Source: Sumerlaeia bacterium (GTDB lineage Bacteria > Sumerlaeota > Sumerlaeia > SLMS01 > JAHLLQ01). From it: a stretch of 64,000 nt of DNA. The stretch lies in the NCBI GenBank assembly GCA_040219255.1, contig JAVJSW010000039.1, positions 96,001-160,000 on the forward strand. The letters run 5' to 3'. Below are positions 57,314 through 64,000 of the stretch, piece after piece. The notes beneath the pieces were generated by a model. It had not been told where the DNA came from. It did not search any database and worked only from the letters and a program-made list of their open reading frames with translations. Position 1 is the stretch's first letter; each line of letters starts with the position of its first letter. The position numbers were made by a program, and so were the translations under genes.

Positions 57314-60300
57314 TTATTGGGAGAGGATGATGACGGTGTAGGGACCGACAGCGATGTTACCGTTGTAACCCATGCCGTCCTTGGCACCGCCATTGGCGTT
57401 GGTGTCGTAGGAGTAGGTGTTGCCGAAATCGCCGGAGTAGCCGTTCCAGTCGCTGTTGAAGCGCACGTACCAGGTGCCGCCGCTGGGGAAGCCGATGTTG
57501 TAGCTGTTGTAGGTGGTGCCGCTGAAGTTCGCGACCACGATCACGTCGTCGCCGGGGCCACCGTTCTCCCAGCGGTGATAGGCGACGACCTTGCCGGTGT
57601 CGTTGACGTGGTGGACGTTGACGTTGTTGCCGCGCAGACCGCGGGTATTGTTGTCGTAGTTGCGGCGCAACTGCATGAGGCGGCGGTAGAGGTCGATAAT
57701 GCCGCCATAGGTCGTGGCCTTGTTCCAGTCGATCGGGTCGGTGTCTTGCCAGAAGCCGTCTTCGAGGAATTCCTGGCCCTGGAAGATCATCGGGATGCCG
57801 GGGGCGGTGAAGGTGATGGCGGCGCCGAGGGTCGAGCGCTTCTTGGAGAACCAGGAGCCGGCGTTACCGGGCCAGATTTCTTCCGGAACGCGGCTGCGGC
57901 CGTTGTTCACTTCGTCGTGGGACTCGGTGTAGATCACGCGCTGGGTGGCGGTGCCGTTGTAGAGGTTGGCGATGGCGTCGCGCACCTGGTACATGTGGCG
58001 GTCGCTGTCGTTGGCGGTGATGATGGCTTCGCGGATCGGGTGGACGAAGCCCGCGTCCCATTGGCTGTCGAAGCCAGCGCCGCCGGCGCCCGTCGACCGG
58101 GTGATGTACTCGTTCTTCTGGAGATCTTCGGCGATGCTGATCTTCCAGGGCTGGGAAGCGTCGATCTCGTTGTTGATCCACTGGATCAGGCTCCAGCCTT
58201 CCGGAATGTCGCCGCCGCTGCCGTTGTTCTGGGTGCGGATGTTGACCACCGAGTCCCAGCGCAGGCCGTCGACGCGGTATTCGTTGAGCCAGTAGAGGGC
58301 GTTGTCGCGCAGGTAGGAGCGCACTTCGCCACGGCCGTAGTCGGGACGGGTGGCGCCCCAGGGGGTCTGAGCGCGCCAGTCGTTGTAGAAGTAGATGCCG
58401 CCGCTGCCGTAGCACTCGCCGTCGAAGCACCACATGTCGAGATCGCTGGGGCCGAAGTGGTTATAGACCACGTCGAGGATGACGCCGATGCCGCGGCCGT
58501 GGCACTCGTCCACGAAGGCCTTGAAGTCTTTGGGCGAGCCGTAGGCGCTCTCGGGAGCGAACGGGTGAGCGGGGTTGTAGCCCCAGGAGAAATCGGCGCC
58601 GAATTCGGCGATGGGCATGACCTTGACCATGTTCACGCCGAGGTTCTGCAGGTGATCGAGGCGGGCGATAGCGCTCTGGAAGGTGCCGGGGCCGCCGCCG
58701 GGCGAGTCGTTGTAGGTACCGATGTGCATCTCGTAGATGACCATCTCGTTGAAGCCGGGGGCACCGAAGCCGGTGTTTTGCCAGGTGTAAGCAAGGTCCG
58801 CGATGACCGACTCGCCGACGGAGTTAGTGATGTCGAGGGCGCGCGGGTCGTTCTTCCAAAGGTCGGTTCCATTGTTCGTGATGACGTACTTGTAGCGATC
58901 GTTGATGACCGCGCCGTCCACATCGACGCTCCAGTGGCCGTTGCCTTCGCTGAACATCGGGTTCGCGCCTTGGTTCCAGCCGTTGAAATCGCCAGCCACG
59001 GCCACGGCGTCGGCGTTCGGCGCCCAGACGCGGAACATGGTGCCATTGCTGTAGGGAACGGCGCCCATGCCCGAGCGGCTCGACGGACCGGCCGGAGTCG
59101 GCGTGGGGGTCGGCGTCGGGGTCGCGGTCGGCGTGGGTGTCGGAGTCGGCGTAGGAGTCGGCGTCGGGGTGGCGCCGCCGGTGATGGTGGCGGTCAGGCT
59201 GTAGTTGCTGCTGGTGGCGTAGCCCTGGGCCGCGAGGTACCACGTGCCCGCCGCGGGGTTGCTGACGGTGACGGTTTCGTTCGAGCCGCCGACGTAGGGA
59301 CGATAATCCCAATCGGTGAGCGTCGGCTGGCTGCCGTAGTTGACGTAGAGATCGGCGTCGTTCGTGCCGGTCATGACGATGCTGAGCTGGGTGGCGCCGC
59401 TCGGAACCGCGATGGAATAATGATCCCAGGCGTTCTGAGCCACCGTGCCACTGACGGTCTGGCCGCTGGTCAGGGTGCTGCCGCCAGGCGTCGGCGTGGG
59501 CGTCGGAGTAGGCGTCGCAGTGGCGGTCGGCGTGGGAGTCGGAGTCGCGGTCGGAGTCGGCGTAGGAGTCGGCGTGGAGCTGCCGCCCGAGGTGCCGGTG
59601 ACGAAGATGTCGTCCACGGCCACGTCGCCAGCCCAGCCACCCGCGGCGGTCAGGACGAAGCGCAGGCTGAGCGTGCCGGAGTAGGAACCGAGGTCCACCG
59701 TGGCGGAGAGCCAGTTGCTCTGGCTGCTGGACTGCTGCCCGGTGCGGCTCCAGACGGTGCTATAGGCGCCGCCGGTGGAGGCCTGAAGGGACAGTGTGCC
59801 CGTGTTGCTGCCATACATGTTGTATTCGAAGCTCGCGGTACGGTCCGAGCCGCCGATGCCGGAGGCCTGCAGGAAAGCCGTGTTGCCTGAGCTGTAGGCG
59901 CCGCCGCTGGACGTTTCGACGAAGGCGTACCAGGACGAGCCGTTGGCGCCGGAGCTAGGGCCGGTGCCGCTGCTCGGGGTGCCGCCGCTGTCGCGGGTCC
60001 AGTTGTGGCTGTCGCCGCTGACGTTGACGAAGTCGCCGAAGCCGCTCTCGAAGTCCGAGGAGGCCAGAATGGTGGCTCCACCGCCGCCACCGGAGGGCGT
60101 GCCCTCGAGGACGATGTTGTCGAGGGCGAGGCCGTCGCTGCTGGCGGGGTAGTTGTCGTACTGCTGCCAGCGAATGATCGTGCTGGAGGAGTTGCTGGGG
60201 ATCGCCACCGTGGAGGTCACGAACCCAGCGCTGGCGGAGGGGAAGCTCCAGGTCAGCTTGGTAAAGGACGAGCCGCCGTTGGTGGACAGGAAAAGGCCGT

Positions 60301-60634
60301 CCTCAGCGTGGGCTTCGTCACCGACTGAGTCGGCGGCGAAGGTCACCGTGACGTTCGTGTAACCAGACAGATCGACAGGAAGGTCGAGGCGCGACGTGGA
60401 GAAACTCCCGCCGGAAACCGAGTCGTCGAGCAAGACGCCGTAAGAACCGGAAGCCTTGTAGGTAGAGCTGATCGCCACACGCCACTCGGCGGTGCCGCTG
60501 GTCTGGAGCGGCGCCGAAAGGGTGCCCGATTCGAAATTTTGCGAATAGATAACGTCGGCGCTGGCGGCCGATGCCCCGCCCAGCAGAAGGGCCATGGCGG
60601 CGAGAACGATGCGGGGGGTTCCTGAAGTCTGCAT
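57314..60634 (-). CDS. Secreted multidomain GH13 alpha-glucan enzyme (jelly-roll, MAM-like, PPC, CBM48, GH13)
   Basis: Signal peptide; FRVWAPNA, IYEMH, WGYNP, DVVYNH, DGLRWD, IAED and ESHDE; two Pro/Thr linkers. Confidence 0.9.
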   Translation of the reverse strand: MQTSGTPRIVLAAMALLLGGASAASADVIYSQNFESGTLSAPLQTSGTAEWRVAISSTYKASGSYGVLLDDSVSGGSFSTSRLDLPVDLSGYTNVTVTFAADSVGDEAHAEDGLFLSTNGGSSFTKLTWSFPSASAGFVTSTVAIPSNSSSTIIRWQQYDNYPASSDGLALDNIVLEGTPSGGGGGATILASSDFESGFGDFVNVSGDSHNWTRDSGGTPSSGTGPSSGANGSSWYAFVETSSGGAYSSGNTAFLQASGIGGSDRTASFEYNMYGSNTGTLSLQASTGGAYSTVWSRTGQQSSSQSNWLSATVDLGSYSGTLSLRFVLTAAGGWAGDVAVDDIFVTGTSGGSSTPTPTPTPTATPTPTPTATATPTPTPTPTPGGSTLTSGQTVSGTVAQNAWDHYSIAVPSGATQLSIVMTGTNDADLYVNYGSQPTLTDWDYRPYVGGSNETVTVSNPAAGTWYLAAQGYATSSNYSLTATITGGATPTPTPTPTPTPTPTATPTPTPTPTPAGPSSRSGMGAVPYSNGTMFRVWAPNADAVAVAGDFNGWNQGANPMFSEGNGHWSVDVDGAVINDRYKYVITNNGTDLWKNDPRALDITNSVGESVIADLAYTWQNTGFGAPGFNEMVIYEMHIGTYNDSPGGGPGTFQSAIARLDHLQNLGVNMVKVMPIAEFGADFSWGYNPAHPFAPESAYGSPKDFKAFVDECHGRGIGVILDVVYNHFGPSDLDMWCFDGECYGSGGIYFYNDWRAQTPWGATRPDYGRGEVRSYLRDNALYWLNEYRVDGLRWDSVVNIRTQNNGSGGDIPEGWSLIQWINNEIDASQPWKISIAEDLQKNEYITRSTGAGGAGFDSQWDAGFVHPIREAIITANDSDRHMYQVRDAIANLYNGTATQRVIYTESHDEVNNGRSRVPEEIWPGNAGSWFSKKRSTLGAAITFTAPGIPMIFQGQEFLEDGFWQDTDPIDWNKATTYGGIIDLYRRLMQLRRNYDNNTRGLRGNNVNVHHVNDTGKVVAYHRWENGGPGDDVIVVANFSGTTYNSYNIGFPSGGTWYVRFNSDWNGYSGDFGNTYSYDTNANGGAKDGMGYNGNIAVGPYTVIILSQ

Positions 60635-61050
60635 GGTAGCAATGTGTCCTTTAAGGAGCGGGGCCCGGGTGGGCGGGTGGCCCGCGATGTGTCTGTAAAG
60701 ACGCCTCCGCCGGTGGGTGCGGAGGAACAGGGCAGGAATGGAGGGCGGGATCGTTTCCGTCAAGACTGCGATTTCGCGGGCGAAAGTTTTATCCCCTCTC
60801 CGGGTGCCGCGAAGAGCCCACTATGCCACAAGATAAAGGGCTTTACTCACCCCGAAGCTGTAAAGCAATTTTATCTTGCATTGCAGACATCGCCGGATGC
60901 GTTGCAAAAGAGATTTGTAACGACAAAATCCTTTTGCGCGACTTCGCGCCGCCGCCGACTTTGCCGTTGAGACCCCTTTACCACCCTGTTTTTCTTATCG
61001 TGTAGAAACCGTTTTCCCGCCCAACGCCTCCCCCGCAGGAGCCCCCCGGA

Positions 61051-62337
61051 ATGACCCCGCCGGATCCAGACGACGTCTTTATCGAGATGGAAGATCCGGG
61101 GCCGTCGGCTTCCACCCGCCCGCCGGACGCACCCCGCCCCCGCGCTGCGCCGATCCTGGTGGACCGCACGGTGGAGCGCGCGCCCCAGCCGAAGCAGACC
61201 ATGGCCCGGCCTTATGCCCCACAGGCCCGCCTGAAGGAATCGACCATCGCCCCGCCGGAGGACAACCCGCTGAGCGGCTGGCGCTGGTTCGGCGTGGTGC
61301 TGCTGAACCGCAATCTGTGGCCCCGCGACGCCGCCTCGAACGTGGTGATGATGTATTTCAGTGGCCGGTTGCGGGGGCGGCGGGTCGAGGATCTGACGGG
61401 GCTGGCGCCGTGGATCTTCCTGCTGTTGGCGGAAATCGCTTACTTGATCGTTTTCCGGGGCGACGCGGCGCTGATCGCGGGGCTCGAGTGGGCCAGTCTG
61501 GCCATCGCGTTTTTCCTCGGCTATGGCTGGAGCGCCGGCATCACGGCCATCCATCTGCGGCGGAACCTCCAATGCCTGCCTTTGGAGGAAGTGCTACTGA
61601 CCCGGCTCCAGCCGGCCGACATCGTGCAGGGGCTGAGCGTCCGGCCCATCGCGGTGCAGTCGGCGGCCTCGCTGATCTATAACATCCTCCATCTCGGCAT
61701 GTCGCTGAGTTTCCTGTGGCTGGCGAGCGGCGCGGGGGCGGATTTGCTGAACTATGCGGGATTCGTGTTCCTGCTGACGGCGATTCGCTGGGTGGCGGTG
61801 GGGTCGGCGATCGAGGCGGGAGGCGCCTTCGCCACGCGGGCGCACCTGTGCATCCGCAATCCGATGGTGGCGTCGATGCGCATGCTGATCGATCTGGTGG
61901 CGCCGTTGGTGTTGCTGGGTACGGCGGCGATTCTGCTAGGGGTGGTGGTGGCGATCATCCTGCTGGTGGGCGGGGCGCTGTCTCTAGCCATCGGGCCGTT
62001 CCCGGCCTTGCTGGCGCTACTCGGGGCGGGATTTGTGCTGATTACCTTCGGGACGGCGATCGCGGCGTGGCAGCGCAGCCTTGGCTCGGACGCCATGGAT
62101 TTCTGCATTTTCAATCCCCAGGAATGGTGGCCCCGGCAGAACCGCGAGGCGGGCTTGAACGAACTGCCGGAGCGCGAGCTGTTCACGCCCTGGAAGCCCC
62201 GGGACCCGGAAACGCGGCTGAGCGCGGACAAGATCGAGCGGGCGCTGGAGCGGGCGGAAGCCAGGAAGCGGCGGGCGCAGGCGTCGAGTCCGGCGCCGAG
62301 GCCCTACGTCGAGGGCGACGATGGGAAGCGGCCTTAA
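61051..62337 (+). CDS. Hypothetical multi-pass membrane protein (ABC-2 permease-like motif)
   Basis: About 6 TM segments; motif VLLTRLQPADIVQG. Confidence 0.7.
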   Translation: MTPPDPDDVFIEMEDPGPSASTRPPDAPRPRAAPILVDRTVERAPQPKQTMARPYAPQARLKESTIAPPEDNPLSGWRWFGVVLLNRNLWPRDAASNVVMMYFSGRLRGRRVEDLTGLAPWIFLLLAEIAYLIVFRGDAALIAGLEWASLAIAFFLGYGWSAGITAIHLRRNLQCLPLEEVLLTRLQPADIVQGLSVRPIAVQSAASLIYNILHLGMSLSFLWLASGAGADLLNYAGFVFLLTAIRWVAVGSAIEAGGAFATRAHLCIRNPMVASMRMLIDLVAPLVLLGTAAILLGVVVAIILLVGGALSLAIGPFPALLALLGAGFVLITFGTAIAAWQRSLGSDAMDFCIFNPQEWWPRQNREAGLNELPERELFTPWKPRDPETRLSADKIERALERAEARKRRAQASSPAPRPYVEGDDGKRP

Positions 62338-62550
62338 ACAAAGGATTTCTTTGTTTCGTTGCGCCTTGGCGGGTGGGTCCGAGACCCTGTGGAACCTTGA
62401 TTCTGGACAAGAAAGGAGGCTTACGAGAGATCTTTCGTTTCATCAAAATAACATAAAAACTTTTTGACTTCGGACCGAGGTTGGGGTTTCGTCCTTCGCA
62501 GATGCGTCACGAACGCCCATTCCCCTCAGGATTTTCCGCGAGTCCCCACC

Positions 62551-63435
62551 ATGTCCGCACACATTCGTCAGGAAGCCGCCATGAGCCTGCCCGTCGTGCC
62601 TCCGCGCGAGCCCGGATACGGGCACCTGGTGCTGATCGGCGGCGGCGAGGATCGCTCCGACGCGATGCGGGTGCTCAAGGCGACCTGGGCCATCAACGAC
62701 GCCCAGACGATCGCGGTGATCCCGAGCGCGAGCCGCTATAGCGTCGAAGCGGGCCGCATTTACACCCGGGCCTTCACGAAACTCGGCGCCAAGGCGATCT
62801 TCGTCTGCGACGCCCGCAATTGCGACGAAGCGGCCGACCCGAAGATGGTCGAGCAGGTCCGCATGGCCGACATGATTTTCTTCAGCGGCGGCGATCAGGT
62901 GCGCCTGGCCGAAATCCTGAACGGCTCGCCTCTTCTGGCGGCGGTGCGGGAACGTTTCGCCCAGGGCGCCACGGTGGCCGGCACGAGCGCCGGTGCCGCC
63001 GCCGCCAGCGATCCGATGCTCTACGATGGCGACGCCTACGGCTTTCACAAGGGCTCGGTGGGCTTCGCGCCAGGGTTCAACCTTCTGCCCGGGGTGGCCA
63101 TCGACACCCACTTCGTGGGGCGGGGGCGGTTGCCGCGGATGGCGCAATTCCTGGCGAGCAAGCGCTGCCGCCTGGGAATCGGCCTGCCGGAAGACACGGG
63201 CATCTTCATCGCCCCCGATGGCACGACGCGCGTCGTCGGCACCGGGGTGGTGACGCTGCTGGATGCGCGGGCGATGGACTTCAGCGATTACGACCTGATC
63301 GACGACGACGACAACTATACGGTGGAGGGCTTGCGCCTCGGTTTTCTGGCCGAGGGCGCGGTCTTCGACCTGAAAACCTGGACAGTGACCTCTTCCCGCG
63401 TCAAACCCGCCGCTCCCTCCGCTCCCGTCCAATAA
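62551..63435 (+). CDS. cphB: Cyanophycinase (peptidase S51); alternative start at 62581
   Basis: LIGGGED, FSGGDQ, GTSAG nucleophile, IDTHF..RGR and GIGLPEDT motifs. Confidence 0.92.
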   Translation: MSAHIRQEAAMSLPVVPPREPGYGHLVLIGGGEDRSDAMRVLKATWAINDAQTIAVIPSASRYSVEAGRIYTRAFTKLGAKAIFVCDARNCDEAADPKMVEQVRMADMIFFSGGDQVRLAEILNGSPLLAAVRERFAQGATVAGTSAGAAAASDPMLYDGDAYGFHKGSVGFAPGFNLLPGVAIDTHFVGRGRLPRMAQFLASKRCRLGIGLPEDTGIFIAPDGTTRVVGTGVVTLLDARAMDFSDYDLIDDDDNYTVEGLRLGFLAEGAVFDLKTWTVTSSRVKPAAPSAPVQ

Positions 63436-63548
63436 GCCCTTCCACCAAGCGAGCCCTCGACCACGCGGCCCCACTGGCCGCCTCCCTCTGTCTCCCCGCC
63501 TGTCCCAAACCTGGAACCTTTGACCGAGCCATTGAAAGTTGACGACCC

Positions 63549-64000
63549 ATGACGATCGAAGCCTTCGACCACCCCACAGCCCACCACGGTCCGGAGACCT
63601 CCTTCGAGGACTTCGCGCTCAGTAAGTTCGCGTTCTATCCCGGACCGAGCGCGTACCTTCCGCGCCGCGCCCTGGTGTTCAACCTGACCCTGAGGCCCAA
63701 CGGGCCACGCGCCGAATGGTACCGCTCGCAAATCGCCGAGCACCTGCCGGTCCTGCGCGAGTCGAAATGCGAACGGGTCGCCGAACTCTTCGCGGAAACG
63801 CTCCAGCAGGTTCTTGGCCTCGGCATCGGGCTTCCCTGCCGCGACTGGGCCGTCCTGCCCGACGACGACGCGGAGACCATCGCTGTCGAAGCGCTCGACG
63901 AAATCGTCGCCGAGGACGCCGCCCGCATGGTCAGCGAGTGGTTCCGCACCATCAACGACGACGATTATTTCCCCTTCGACGAGCGCCTGCGCGCCCTGCA
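63549..64000 (+). CDS. Cyanophycin synthetase N-terminal domain, CphA2-like; runs off the window and is absent from the ORF track
   Basis: Open frame MTIEAFD..FAFYPGPSAYLPRRALVFNL..AELFAET..IAVEAL..EWFRTI..FDERLRAL directly after cphB. Confidence 0.7.
   Translation, partial: MTIEAFDHPTAHHGPETSFEDFALSKFAFYPGPSAYLPRRALVFNLTLRPNGPRAEWYRSQIAEHLPVLRESKCERVAELFAETLQQVLGLGIGLPCRDWAVLPDDDAETIAVEALDEIVAEDAARMVSEWFRTINDDDYFPFDERLRAL

Noticed and set aside
59095-59577. Short tandem repeats as contingency loci
   Set aside because: They are in-frame Pro/Thr linkers with synonymous variation, ordinary for modular secreted enzymes.

Overview
High-GC bacterial chromosomal segment, densely coding (about 51 CDS plus one tRNA-Ala(GGC)), from a diderm organism (lpxD present). 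Secreted proteins ending in a single dockerin/EF-hand-like tail and three Hanks-type kinases are reminiscent of Candidatus Sumerlaeota (BRC1) or PVC-like lineages; that assignment is inference only. Housekeeping genes (msrB, gyrA, ruvA, prmA, prmC, lpxD, yhaM, rimJ) are interspersed with transporters (CopA, OppB-like permease, DAACS, SSS/ActP-like, AmtB), c-di-GMP proteins and large modular secreted proteins. I saw no integrase, transposase, reverse transcriptase or CRISPR array. Best candidate for a new system: an intact Ser/Thr kinase fused to a membrane domain with two His pairs 14 residues apart (di-heme cytochrome b pattern), followed 14 bp later by a membrane-anchored triheme cytochrome c (43116-45766), i.e. 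a possible transmembrane redox-sensing kinase. Other highlights: a shared C-terminal DxNxDxxxDxxD tail on three unrelated secreted proteins, two of which carry passenger segments with atypical codon usage; a cphB plus CphA2-like cyanophycin locus; a secreted multi-domain GH13; and dispersed intergenic repeats with conserved ends but unrelated interiors. All family calls come from motif recognition by eye, with no database searches.
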